A DNA stretch of 64,000 nucleotides from an uncultured archaeon (GCA_964508365.1 CAZDTP010000008.1:35513-99512); one strand, 5' to 3'; positions 34,489 through 45,462 are shown, counted from the first letter of the stretch. Program-made: numbers and translations. Notes: a model not told the origin generated them from the letters alone.

Positions 34489-35011
34489 CTATGTTTTCGC
34501 TCATTCTAGAATGATATAGTAAGTAATGATATATACTCCAATTCTATATATTCTTTTCTGAGGTATTTCCAGATTCTAACATATATTTATATTAGGAGCG
34601 TAATAAAAATTCTTTCTATGGTAAATCTATTGCACCATGTTTACAAAAAAAAGGAAGAAAATATGGTTTTCCCGCGTATAGGGTTAGTATTTAACCCTAA
34701 GCGAGAGATTCATTTAGGGAATTGAATCAGCACATCCTGGCATTTTAGCCTTACCTCAATTTATTTTGATGAAATATAAAGTGTTTATTGAATACAGACC
34801 TGCTATCTTCAACCAATGGGGTCTAATAGCTCACACTATCTCACAATATTTATTCAATTATAGATATAAAAACATAGAGAAAAAGTAAAAGAAAAGTGTG
34901 GATTTTTTAATTCTAACGTGTTTTTATTCACATAAACTATATTACTATTTTTGCGTAATAATAAAATGATTTAAACTAAAATTAAATGAGTAAAATAAAC
35001 ATCTTATTCCA

Positions 35012-37420
35012 TTGAAAACACAGAGAACTGTAGAAATTAATATAACTGGCATTGTTCAAGGCGTAGGTTTCAGACCTTTTCTGTTCAATCTAGCTCGTTC
35101 TTTGAATCTAAACGGGATTATATTAAACAGAGGAAATGCAGGTGTTAGATTAATTCTTCAAGGGAATTCAAACGGAATTAACAAATTTCTTGAAGATATC
35201 AAACTCAAGAAACCAACAATATCATACATAGAAAACCTTATTGTTAAAGAAATAGAAACTTCCAAGAAATTTATAAATTTAAGAATAGAAAAAAGTGAAG
35301 AAGGGAGGGGTATCAGCTTAACATTGCCTCCTGATATCGCCATTTGCGATAGTTGTTTAATGGATATGCGCAATAAAGATTTAAAAAAGTATTATAATTA
35401 TCCTTTTATCGCTTGTGCTGTTTGCGGACCTCGATATACAACAGTAAAAGAATTACCATATGATAGAGAACGCAGCACCATGGTACAATTCCCTCTTTGC
35501 AAAAATGCGGAACCAGAATCGTGTGTTAAAGAGTATACTGATTTTCAAAACAGAAGATTTCACGCTCAAACATTTGGTTGTTCAGTATGTGGTCCAAATT
35601 ATAAACTATACGATAAGAGAAAGAATTTAATTAATAGCGCTAATATTGTTTCAATACTAGAAGAAACTGCTAAAAGGATAAATGAGGGAGAAGTAGCCGC
35701 CATTAAGGGGATAGGTGGGGTTCATTTGGTGTGCCTTGCTAACGATGACAAAACAATATTAAAACTACGTAGAAGAAAAGGAAAAAGAAAAAACAAACCG
35801 TTTGCCTTGATGATTCCAAATCTTAAGACTGTCGGTGAGTATCTGAATATATCAGAAGAAGAAAAAGAACTCGTAACTTCTTTTCGTAGACCTATTGTAT
35901 TATTAGAAAAAAGTAATAATTTCGATAAATCAATGATAAGTTCGTTTGTAGCTCCGGGATTAAACAATATAGGGATAATGCTACCATATTCCGGTATTCA
36001 TTATATGTTGTTCGATTATGTTGGGAACCAACCGTTAGTTTATACAAGCGGTAACAAGTCAAATATTCCTATGGCAATCGAAAATGACAAAATTTTTGAC
36101 CAACTTTACAATTTAGCAGATTTCTTTCTACTTCATAATCGAACTATTTACCAAAGGGCTGATGATAGTGTTATAAGAATGCATAATAATAAAGTAAAAC
36201 TTATTAGACGATCACGAGGTTATGTTCCAGAATATTTTGCATTACCATTTGAAGTAGAAACACCAGCAGCCATATCAACTGGTCCGGAATTAGCTGTCAC
36301 CGGAGCATTACTGAGAAAAAATCGAATTTTTCCAACTCAGCATATTGGAAATGTAACTAACCTAGAGACCTACGAATTCTTAAACGAATCTCTACAACAT
36401 ATGAAAAAATTGCTACAGATAAAAGATTCTGAGATAAAGTTTATTGCTTGCGACGCTCATCCAAGCTTCACAACCACCAAACTAGCTCAAGAATTATCTA
36501 CTCAGTACAATATTAAAGCTTATAAGATTCAACATCATTATGCTCATACCTTAAGTTTGATGGCAGAAAACAATATAATTCTGGATGAAAAAATCGTTGG
36601 AATTAGCGTTGATGGAATTGGATATGGCGACGATGGAAATATTTGGGGAGGAGAGATTTTTTTGAGTGGATACAAAGACTACGAACGATTAGGTCAATTA
36701 CAATACCAACCCATGATTGGAGGTGATCGCTGTACTAAGTTTCCTGCTCGGATGGCAGCTTCCATCATCTTAAATTCTATAGAAAATGAAGAAAGCATAA
36801 GAATATTTGAAAGAATTAGATTAGCTAGTGACTTGGAGTACGAAAATGTGGAATTAACCGCCATTATTTCTCAATTTGAGCATTATACACAATCGTCCTA
36901 TAACCAAAACATACCATTAACGAGTTCTGCCGGAAGGATATTTGATACAGTAAGTTATCTCTTAGGGGTATCAAACCTTAAAACCTATAGGGGTGAACCT
37001 GCTATGAAGCTTGAAGGGTTCGCTTCAAAAGGGAATCCAGATAATATTGACTTAGAAGTTAAATATTACAAAAAAGAGGGAATGTACTACATTAATACTT
37101 CGGATTTAATTGTAAATATCTTAACCCTCCTTGAAAATCCAAAAATTAGTCGAAACGATATCGCAGCAAAATTTCATATGGTCTTCGCTGAAGCTTTTGC
37201 AGATATAGCCATAATAGTTGCTGATCTTAACAAGATTGATAAAATTGGTTTAACTGGAGGAGTGGCTTATAATAGTTTATTTTCAAATGCAATTAAAGAT
37301 ACAGTTTTAAGAAATGGATTGACATTTTTAGAACATGATAAAATTCCTCCAGGAGACGCAGGAATTAGCACAGGTCAATTAATTGGAGGGCTTTTCAAAT
37401 ATTCGCCTTTCTTAAAATAA
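35012..37420 (+). CDS. hypF: Carbamoyltransferase HypF
   Basis: Acylphosphatase GIVQGVGFRPF, Zn fingers, KGIGG, QHHYAH and PPGDAGISTGQ. Confidence 0.97.
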   Translation: MKTQRTVEINITGIVQGVGFRPFLFNLARSLNLNGIILNRGNAGVRLILQGNSNGINKFLEDIKLKKPTISYIENLIVKEIETSKKFINLRIEKSEEGRGISLTLPPDIAICDSCLMDMRNKDLKKYYNYPFIACAVCGPRYTTVKELPYDRERSTMVQFPLCKNAEPESCVKEYTDFQNRRFHAQTFGCSVCGPNYKLYDKRKNLINSANIVSILEETAKRINEGEVAAIKGIGGVHLVCLANDDKTILKLRRRKGKRKNKPFALMIPNLKTVGEYLNISEEEKELVTSFRRPIVLLEKSNNFDKSMISSFVAPGLNNIGIMLPYSGIHYMLFDYVGNQPLVYTSGNKSNIPMAIENDKIFDQLYNLADFFLLHNRTIYQRADDSVIRMHNNKVKLIRRSRGYVPEYFALPFEVETPAAISTGPELAVTGALLRKNRIFPTQHIGNVTNLETYEFLNESLQHMKKLLQIKDSEIKFIACDAHPSFTTTKLAQELSTQYNIKAYKIQHHYAHTLSLMAENNIILDEKIVGISVDGIGYGDDGNIWGGEIFLSGYKDYERLGQLQYQPMIGGDRCTKFPARMAASIILNSIENEESIRIFERIRLASDLEYENVELTAIISQFEHYTQSSYNQNIPLTSSAGRIFDTVSYLLGVSNLKTYRGEPAMKLEGFASKGNPDNIDLEVKYYKKEGMYYINTSDLIVNILTLLENPKISRNDIAAKFHMVFAEAFADIAIIVADLNKIDKIGLTGGVAYNSLFSNAIKDTVLRNGLTFLEHDKIPPGDAGISTGQLIGGLFKYSPFLK

Positions 37421-37583
37421 TTTCCATCGTAAAATTCACTAAACAAGCAAGTATGGATAAAGAAGCCCTTTTGGACAAGATTGTCAATCCGTTATAAGAG
37501 TTGGAAGAATACAAGACTAGTTTTAAATATTAAACGAACATATCCAATACTAACATAAATTTATTATGAAATCTAATTAAAAA

Positions 37584-40500
37584 GTGATAAATTTGAAATC
37601 AAAAAGAAAACAAACGGTTGTACATATTTTACTTTTACTAACTTTATTTTTCATTGGAAATTATTATCTGGGCAATCTAATTAATCACAATTTGAATCAT
37701 GAAATTAATAGCTACACATTTACTAAAGTAGATATTCTAGGAACCTCTGGACACTGGAGTCTACTACCTATCGTTATAGACGACTCAGCTACAGGGGTAG
37801 GAGCTCATAATTGGACTTGGGCAGAAACTCAACCATGGTGCTCTGGTTCTGGAACTTTTGCAGTTCCATATCTTATTGAAAATCTTACAATCGATGGTGG
37901 ATTCTCAGAGAGTTGCTTCACAATCAAAAATTCAAACAAATATTTTGAAATAAAAAATTGTACTTTTTATAATGCAGGATCTTTGATGCCAAATGCAGGA
38001 ATTAGGCTTAACAATACACAGAATGGCAAAATATTATACACTAATTGTACCGAAAATATTCATGGAATTACAATGTTAGATAATTGTAGAAATATTTTAA
38101 TATCTGGGAATAATTTGAATGACAATATTCTTTCAGGGATTTTCTTTCAAAACAATTGTAGTTATAATATTATTGAGAATAATGAAATAAACGCAGGAAC
38201 AATTCATACATTTATAGGTATTTGGTTTTATCAGAATAATTCCTACAATGTCATTAATATGAATAATGTAACATACAATGATCGAGGTATTAGGTTATGG
38301 GATAACGAGGATAGTAATATAATTACAAACAATAACATAAGTTATAGTAGATATCAAGGTCTAGAAATTCGGACTGACAGTGATAAAACTGAGATTCTAA
38401 ATAATATAATACATGAAAATGGACACACTGGTTCAGAACCAGGGATATATATTGATGATCTGTGTGAGGATACTATTATTTTAAATAACAGTGTTTATCA
38501 TAACGGTGAAGATGGAATATATTTAATAAGTTTTTGCCATAATACCTTAATTTCTAACAATACTATTAGTGATAACTTAAGATACGGAATTCTTTTTACA
38601 GTACATAACAAAAATGTCACTATTTCAAATAATATAATTAATGACAATGATGATCATGGAATTTATTTTAATGGATTTGAAGCAGAAAATGTTAAAATCT
38701 TAAATAACAATGTTTCCAATAATTTAGGGATTGGTATTCATATATCTCATGATTGTGATGATGCACAGGTTATAGGAAACAATGTTATTAATAACCTAGA
38801 AGACGGTATCACTCTAAGAGACACTAATGGAGGTTTAGTTTCTGATAATTACGTTTATCTATCTGGAGCTTACGGAATTCGATTATATGATGTTTGTGAT
38901 AACACTAATGTTACAGGAAATACTATTATAAAAAGTAACAATGATGGCATTTATATAGCTGATAGTGAAAATTGTACAGTTGATTCTAACTTGGTATTTG
39001 AAAATCTAAGGGGAATAGAAATATACACATCAGATAATACAAACATCACAAATAATGTTGTAAAGTATAATTCATTAACTGGCATAGCTATAGGAACAAT
39101 AACTAATGTTTTATTAGCACAGAATATAATTGAGGAGCATTCTAATTATGGATTGCGAATAGGTTCTTGTACTAGTTGTAGAATCTCGGAAAATGTGATA
39201 ATTAATAGTTTTGAAGGAATATCCCTTTATTCTAACAGCGATAATAATAGTTTTACATATAATTACATTGAAGATTGTATTAACTATGGAGTAAATATTG
39301 GTGTGGGTAATGATTTTAATTTATTTTATGAAAATTACTTTGTGATTAATCAGATTAATGCATTAGACGACGGAACATCGAATTCTTGGAATAATTCCTA
39401 TATCGGAAATTTCTGGTCCAATTACACTGGTGTAGATTTAGATAATGATGGTATTGGTGACCTCCCTCATGACATCAATGGTTTAAGTATTGCTAAAGAT
39501 TTTCTACCGATATATAATAATCTTCCTTCAATTTATATTGATGAATATACTCAATATAACTGGCAATGGGTCAGTCAATTTTATTGGTGTGATGGTTTAG
39601 GCACAGCTGAAGATCCGTACATAATTGAAAATAAAATAATAGATTTAAGATGGCCTTCTAATAGAATTGAAATTCGAAATTCGAATAAATATTTCATTAT
39701 TAAGAACTGTACTCTTTTAAATAATAGATCTGGATATTCTGGAATTTTATTACATAATACTATGAATGGCAAAATTATTGATTGCAGTAGTGAGTATAAT
39801 GAAATTGGAATAAAAATGGAAAGTTGCTATAATATTAATGTTTCAGGAAATGATGCTAGCAACAATCTTAGGGGGATAAGTTTAGCTAACAGTGATGATA
39901 ATGATATTTTAGGAAATATTATCAATCAAAATGGAATAGGATTAGAATTATGGCAGAGCGACTATAATATAATTAAAGATAACATTTTATATTATAATGA
40001 GCTATGCATCTTAGAACTCGATTGTATAATTAATACTTTTGAAAATAATGATTGCGGTCCAAAACCATTAGAAGATTTATTCATTACAATAATCGATCAA
40101 ATATTTTCGAGTAAAGGATTCAATATTACATTTTATGTTACTAATTCTACTTTAGATCCTATTGATACTGCTATATTTCAAATGTGGTGGGATGGAGTAA
40201 ATGTTTCTAGTGATGTTCAAAACCTTGGAAGCGGGACATATTTTGCATCTTTAGATCCAATTACAGTTGATGTTGGAGATGTTCCGATTTTACTTAATAT
40301 GACATTATCCTCAACGGGTTATTTAGATAAATACTTTGATACATATCTTAGTGTAAGACCATGCGACTTGATAGATTTATTATTTATTGGAATTGTGGAT
40401 CAATTATATACTGAAGATTATTTTAATATCACATTTTATATAACTAATGCTACAGGTTACGGGATAGACTCTGCAATCATTCAAATGTGGTGGAATGGAA

Positions 40501-40823
40501 CTGACGAATCATCAAACATAGTAAATCTCGGTTCTGGATTTTACAAAATTTCTTTAACACCAATATTAGTGAGTCCAGATGAAGATCCAATTATTTTGGA
40601 GATAACCGTAATTTCTGCGGGATATCAAGATTTGAATTATCAAATAGATATTGCTATAGATCCAGAAAGTGTTACTAAAGGAGAGATAGTTCCATCTCCT
40701 GGAGAATTTCCAATCCTTATTCCAATAATAATAGGTTCTTCAATTGGAGGCGCTTTGGGGGCTGCTGCAATTTATGTTTTCTTAAGAAAGAGAAAAGCGG
40801 GAAAAGAAGTTATAAATCCTTAA
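37584..40823 (+). CDS. Large surface protein: tandem parallel beta-helix modules, two Ig-like repeats and a C-terminal TM anchor
   Basis: Two NW.W....WC.G.GT...PY.IEN caps, many N-x-I-x-x-N repeats, a duplicated FNITFY.TN...ID.A..QMWW.G...SS...NLGSG.Y unit, and TM + RKRK. Confidence 0.88.
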   Translation: MINLKSKRKQTVVHILLLLTLFFIGNYYLGNLINHNLNHEINSYTFTKVDILGTSGHWSLLPIVIDDSATGVGAHNWTWAETQPWCSGSGTFAVPYLIENLTIDGGFSESCFTIKNSNKYFEIKNCTFYNAGSLMPNAGIRLNNTQNGKILYTNCTENIHGITMLDNCRNILISGNNLNDNILSGIFFQNNCSYNIIENNEINAGTIHTFIGIWFYQNNSYNVINMNNVTYNDRGIRLWDNEDSNIITNNNISYSRYQGLEIRTDSDKTEILNNIIHENGHTGSEPGIYIDDLCEDTIILNNSVYHNGEDGIYLISFCHNTLISNNTISDNLRYGILFTVHNKNVTISNNIINDNDDHGIYFNGFEAENVKILNNNVSNNLGIGIHISHDCDDAQVIGNNVINNLEDGITLRDTNGGLVSDNYVYLSGAYGIRLYDVCDNTNVTGNTIIKSNNDGIYIADSENCTVDSNLVFENLRGIEIYTSDNTNITNNVVKYNSLTGIAIGTITNVLLAQNIIEEHSNYGLRIGSCTSCRISENVIINSFEGISLYSNSDNNSFTYNYIEDCINYGVNIGVGNDFNLFYENYFVINQINALDDGTSNSWNNSYIGNFWSNYTGVDLDNDGIGDLPHDINGLSIAKDFLPIYNNLPSIYIDEYTQYNWQWVSQFYWCDGLGTAEDPYIIENKIIDLRWPSNRIEIRNSNKYFIIKNCTLLNNRSGYSGILLHNTMNGKIIDCSSEYNEIGIKMESCYNINVSGNDASNNLRGISLANSDDNDILGNIINQNGIGLELWQSDYNIIKDNILYYNELCILELDCIINTFENNDCGPKPLEDLFITIIDQIFSSKGFNITFYVTNSTLDPIDTAIFQMWWDGVNVSSDVQNLGSGTYFASLDPITVDVGDVPILLNMTLSSTGYLDKYFDTYLSVRPCDLIDLLFIGIVDQLYTEDYFNITFYITNATGYGIDSAIIQMWWNGTDESSNIVNLGSGFYKISLTPILVSPDEDPIILEITVISAGYQDLNYQIDIAIDPESVTKGEIVPSPGEFPILIPIIIGSSIGGALGAAAIYVFLRKRKAGKEVINP

Positions 40824-41043
40824 TTAAATTTTTTTTTATTCTTTACTTACTTAAAAATAAAGATTTATTAGACTTTCATAGTTTTTGTAGAAAATAATAA
40901 TGTAACTTCGATTTTCAGAAATAAATTCGGTGATTTCTGATATTTTATTTCTCGGTTTTTAGCTTTTTCGAATCATATCAGATTAATAATGTTATTTAAT
41001 AATTTTATTCAGATTAAATATATAGTGGATGTGATTTAAAAAA

Positions 41044-42441
41044 ATGGGAGGATTATTCGGAGTTTTTTCAAATAGAGATTGTGTTGATGATCTTTTTTAT
41101 GGTACAGATTATCATTCCCATTTAGGGACCAAAAGAGGGGGTTTAGCGGTAAAAAACTCTGGTGGTTTTCAAAGATTCATCAAGAATATAACGAAGAGCC
41201 AATTTAGATCTAAGTTCGATAAAGATATCAAGAAAATGCATGGTAATAAAGGAATAGGCGTAATAAGCGATTATGAAGATCAACCCTTAATAATAAGTTC
41301 ACGACTAGGTGTTTTTGCCATTTCAACAGTAGGTAAAATTAATAACATAGAAGAACTCGCAAGCGAAGCGTTACAAAATGGAACTCATTTCTCAGAAATG
41401 CATGGGGGTGAAATTAATCCTACTGAAATGGTAGCTACAATTATCAGTCAAGGTAATACTTTTAAAGAAGGAATTCAAAAAGTCCAAAACATGATTGATG
41501 GTTCATGTACAATGTTAATCCTAACAGATGGAGGTATCTATGCTGCTAGAGACAAATTCGGTAGGACTCCTCTCATTATAGGGGAAAAACTAGGATCTTT
41601 TGCCGTTGCTATGGAGTCTTGTGCTTTCCCAAACCTTGGATATGAAATAACAAAATACATGGGACCCGGTGAAATTATCTTCATAGATGAAACCGGAATA
41701 AAACAAATAGGTCCTCAAGGTGATAGATTACAAATCTGTGCTTTCTTGTGGGTCTATTATGGATATCCTGCGTCTAATTATGAGGGTATAAATGTTGAAT
41801 CTGTTCGATATAAATGTGGTGCTTATCTAAGAAGAGAAGATGATCTGGAAATTGATCTCGTAGCAGGTATCCCTGATTCTGGTACTGCTCATGGATTAGG
41901 TTATGCTAATGAAGCACATATTCCTTATGTCCGACCCTTTGTAAAGTATACGCCAACTTGGCCTCGAAGTTTCATGCCTCAAGAACAATCCATTAGAGAT
42001 ACAGTCGCAAGGATGAAACTTATACCGATTAAAGAACTTATCTTGAACAAGCGTCTTCTTTTTTGCGAGGACTCAATCGTGAGAGGTACTCAATTGAGAA
42101 GGCAAGTTGAGAGATTGTTTGAATCGGGTGCAAAAGAAGTTCATATGAGACCCGCGTGTCCTCCACTTGTATACGGTTGTAAATTTCTTAACTTTTCTCG
42201 ATCCCGCTCAGAATTGGATTTAGCAGGAAGATGGGCTATCAAAGAATTAATCGGCAGAGATTTAAAGAACCCAACAGAATATATAAATCCAGAGTCTGAT
42301 AATTATAAAGCAATGGTTGAAGTTATTCGAAAACGATTACATCTAACAACCTTAAAGTATCAACGACTTGAAAACTTGGTTAAAGCTATTGGATTGCCAA
42401 AGGAAAGATTATGCACTTATTGTTGGGATGGAGTAGAATAG
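41044..42441 (+). CDS. purF: Amidophosphoribosyltransferase paralog lacking the N-terminal nucleophile Cys
   Basis: Starts MGGLFG. PRPP motif EDSIVRGT and Fe-S Cys residues (QICAF, PACPP, LCTYC) are retained. Confidence 0.88.
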   Translation: MGGLFGVFSNRDCVDDLFYGTDYHSHLGTKRGGLAVKNSGGFQRFIKNITKSQFRSKFDKDIKKMHGNKGIGVISDYEDQPLIISSRLGVFAISTVGKINNIEELASEALQNGTHFSEMHGGEINPTEMVATIISQGNTFKEGIQKVQNMIDGSCTMLILTDGGIYAARDKFGRTPLIIGEKLGSFAVAMESCAFPNLGYEITKYMGPGEIIFIDETGIKQIGPQGDRLQICAFLWVYYGYPASNYEGINVESVRYKCGAYLRREDDLEIDLVAGIPDSGTAHGLGYANEAHIPYVRPFVKYTPTWPRSFMPQEQSIRDTVARMKLIPIKELILNKRLLFCEDSIVRGTQLRRQVERLFESGAKEVHMRPACPPLVYGCKFLNFSRSRSELDLAGRWAIKELIGRDLKNPTEYINPESDNYKAMVEVIRKRLHLTTLKYQRLENLVKAIGLPKERLCTYCWDGVE

Positions 42442-42460
42442 CATTTGTAAAGTTGATCAG

Positions 42461-43984
42461 TTAATTTCTATCAGATGATATAGCCTTTTCTAATTCTATA
42501 ATTTTGTTTACAGATTTTAAAGGATAGATTCCTGTTAGGCACGCCATACATAGCTGATCTTTTCCCTTTCCTATAGCATTCATTAAATCCTCAATATTTT
42601 GATATCTTAGAGAATCTGCTCCGATTTTTTTCCTAATTTCATCGATATATGCCTCATTTCCGTATAATTCTTTAAAACGCCCTGCTATTAATTCAGAAGT
42701 TGTAGGAAAATCGATACCCATATAACACGGTCTTATTACAGGAGGGCAACTTATCCTTACATTTACTGATAAAGCACCTGCTTCTCTAATTAAGTTAATA
42801 ATCTTTTCTGTTGTGGTGCCTCTTACAATCGAATCATCTAAAAGAATTACATTCTTCCCTTCAATAAAATTTTTTATAGGGTTTAATTTCTCTCGGACTG
42901 CCGCTTCTCTTTTTTTTTGACCAGGCATTATAAATGTGCGCCATGCATATCTGTTTTTCATTAAACCTTCTATATATGGTAAATTTGCTTCCTGTGCATA
43001 ACCCAAGGCAACACTTCGTCCAGAATCGGGTACTGGAACCACGATTGCATTTTCTCTAAAATGAGGATCTGTCAGAATTGGATCGTTTTTAGCAAGGTTA
43101 ATCCCTAATTGCAGTCTAGCTTGAGCAACAGAGACTCCATCTATAATGGAATCAGGACGAGCGAAATAAACAAATTCAAACTGACAAAACGCAGTTCTTT
43201 CGCTTTTTATAACCATTTCTGAATGAATTCCCTTCTCACTACTTAGATGAATTATTTCTCCCGGTCTTACATCCCTAAGCAAATTGCCTCCGATAACATC
43301 AATGCCACAGGATTCAGAAGAGACTATGTAATGTTTTCTATCTTTAGTTATCACTTCTCCAATGCTTAAGGGCTTAAAACCCAGAGGATCTCTAACAGCA
43401 TAAATATCACTTTCGCTCGTCAATATTAATAGTGAATAGGACCCATCTAAAGACTTACTCGCCCTCTTTAAGATTTCGGGCCAGTTATCAGTTTCATTTG
43501 CAGTATAAGCTAGCAATTGGGCGATAACTTCAGTATCAGTGTTAGTTATGAAAATTCGACCCTTCGCCTCTAACTTTTGTTTTATTTCATGGTAATTCGG
43601 TATTGTTCCATTGAAAGCTAATGAAAATTCTATTTCATTGTTTTTAAAATGATAGGGTTGAATATAATCCAGTGAACTATATTCTTGAGCTCCAGTTGTA
43701 GCGTACCTGTTATGACCAATCCCTATATTTCCCCACAACTTAGAGAGCGCGTTATCATCTAGTACTGTAGAAACTAATCCTTTTTTTTTATAAGTAACAA
43801 TGGAACCACCCGTTTTAAGGATAGATATTCCAGTGGATTCTTGACCGCGGTGTTGTTGAGAAATCAGCCCAAGATAAAGTAGTCTTGAAATAGTAAAAGT
43901 TTTATCGTTGCAAGCAACACCAAACACAGCACAATGTTCAATAGGTTTATCTATACTAAGATTTTTTTTACAATTAAAAGCCAT
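42461..43984 (-). CDS. purF: Amidophosphoribosyltransferase (canonical, propeptide + Cys1)
   Basis: Propeptide then EH|CAVFG, QQHRGQES, GHNRYAT, DDSIVRGTT and CMACLTG. Confidence 0.95.
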   Translation of the reverse strand: MAFNCKKNLSIDKPIEHCAVFGVACNDKTFTISRLLYLGLISQQHRGQESTGISILKTGGSIVTYKKKGLVSTVLDDNALSKLWGNIGIGHNRYATTGAQEYSSLDYIQPYHFKNNEIEFSLAFNGTIPNYHEIKQKLEAKGRIFITNTDTEVIAQLLAYTANETDNWPEILKRASKSLDGSYSLLILTSESDIYAVRDPLGFKPLSIGEVITKDRKHYIVSSESCGIDVIGGNLLRDVRPGEIIHLSSEKGIHSEMVIKSERTAFCQFEFVYFARPDSIIDGVSVAQARLQLGINLAKNDPILTDPHFRENAIVVPVPDSGRSVALGYAQEANLPYIEGLMKNRYAWRTFIMPGQKKREAAVREKLNPIKNFIEGKNVILLDDSIVRGTTTEKIINLIREAGALSVNVRISCPPVIRPCYMGIDFPTTSELIAGRFKELYGNEAYIDEIRKKIGADSLRYQNIEDLMNAIGKGKDQLCMACLTGIYPLKSVNKIIELEKAISSDRN

Positions 43985-44109
43985 TTTATTGCTATACGGT
44001 ATAATGCGAATTAAAAATCTAGTTCATATGCTATAAATTTAAATGATTTATTATTTTTATTACTTGATTTAATAGATTATTAGTGATTTTTTAAGATAGT
44101 TGGTAAGAA

Positions 44110-44781
44110 ATTAACGATAAAAATAAATATCTTGCTTTTGCAATACTTATCGGGGGTAATAGTAAACGATTCGGTTCGGATAAAGGACTTTTTAAATTTC
44201 GAGGAAAACCTTTAATTGCTTACCAATTAGAAACGCTCTCTCGCTTTAAACAAGATATTTTTTTGATTGCTAATTCTAAACAACAGGTTCAAAACTATAT
44301 TGACAATATCGATATTAAAAGAATTATGGGTTTTATTGTTGACGAAGTAGATTTCGCTCTAAATCGAGGATCGCATTTACCGTTGATTGGATTATATTCT
44401 GCTTTTAAAGAATTAAGAAAATTAGGATATAAAAAAGTGTTAGTACTTCCATGCGATACTCCGCTCGTAAAGTTTGAAGTTATCGATTTTTTAATACATC
44501 AATGTAATAAATTTGATTGCTGTATCCCAAAATGGCAAAATAATTTATTAGAACCATTAATCGCTATTTACTCAATTAAGAATGCTTATGAATCATCAAT
44601 TAGAAATATAAAGCAGAATCAATACAAGTTGACAAAATTAATTAACAAAGATTGGAAAGTTAACTACATCTCAATTGAACAAGACATTACAAAAATAGAT
44701 CCCAACCTCTTATCCTTTAAAAATATTAACAAGCTTGAAGACATTAAAATATTAAAGTCTCTTTTAAACGAAACTCAATAA
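44110..44781 (+). CDS. mobA: Molybdenum/tungsten cofactor guanylyltransferase; probable ATT start
   Basis: The frame upstream of TTG 44263 encodes AILIGGNSKRFGSDKG (LAGGxSxRxG motif), and PCDTP, EPLIAIY and NIN follow. Stop TAA at 44104-44106 leaves ATT 44110 as the only near-cognate start before the motif. Confidence 0.85.
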   Translation: MNDKNKYLAFAILIGGNSKRFGSDKGLFKFRGKPLIAYQLETLSRFKQDIFLIANSKQQVQNYIDNIDIKRIMGFIVDEVDFALNRGSHLPLIGLYSAFKELRKLGYKKVLVLPCDTPLVKFEVIDFLIHQCNKFDCCIPKWQNNLLEPLIAIYSIKNAYESSIRNIKQNQYKLTKLINKDWKVNYISIEQDITKIDPNLLSFKNINKLEDIKILKSLLNETQ

Positions 44782-44808
44782 AAAAAAAAAGAAAATTTAT
44801 AACTTCTA

Positions 44809-45291
44809 TTATTCTTTTGGCAAACTTGATCCTATTATTCCTAAAACGCCCCCGGCAAGCAGGAAATAAACACCTAAGCCCATACCGAAAATTTCTATAA
44901 GCATTGGAATTACGCCTGCGAATACTTCACCTGAGGTTAGAAGGAAGAAAATTGCGGTCATTATTCCTAAGATTTCTGTGTATACTAACAAAATAAACAT
45001 TATTCCTATAGCCAGCGGAACAAGCGAAAAGATAATGCCAACGATTCTAGATTTTAACCCAATAAGTTGTAGTGCTCCAGACGCAAGCCAAACTATAAAA
45101 AGAACCAACAGAAAATAAAAAGGAAGAGCGTCAGCGCCAGGATCTATTGTTATAATCGTAGGTAGGTTCATAGCAAAACCAAGTCCAGACCCTACCAATG
45201 GAGGAAAGGAGGGGAAAAGAGCAAAAACATATGTTCCCAAGAGAGTTAAAACCGCAGCTATTACTATAAGTAAAACTCTAGCTACTCCCAA
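44809..45291 (-). CDS. Hypothetical 4-TM membrane protein
   Basis: Gly/Leu-rich hydrophobic ORF with a TTG start. Confidence 0.72.
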   Translation of the reverse strand: MGVARVLLIVIAAVLTLLGTYVFALFPSFPPLVGSGLGFAMNLPTIITIDPGADALPFYFLLVLFIVWLASGALQLIGLKSRIVGIIFSLVPLAIGIMFILLVYTEILGIMTAIFFLLTSGEVFAGVIPMLIEIFGMGLGVYFLLAGGVLGIIGSSLPKE

Positions 45292-45462
45292 AATTTAATC
45301 ACTTAATTTATTTTTTATTTTTTTTTAATTAAAATGAAATTTAATTATGATTATAATGCTTTTTTATCCTTATATAGATTTAGATATTTTTTAAATGAAT
45401 AATTATCAAAATTTTGATCCTTAAACTTTTTTTTTATTTTGATGTTGAAGCTACGAAACCTC

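Noticed and set aside
37453-37533. Short interrupted frame MDKEALLDKIVNPL*ELEEYKTSFKY* after hypF
   Set aside because: Too short to distinguish from chance, and no homolog is recognisable.
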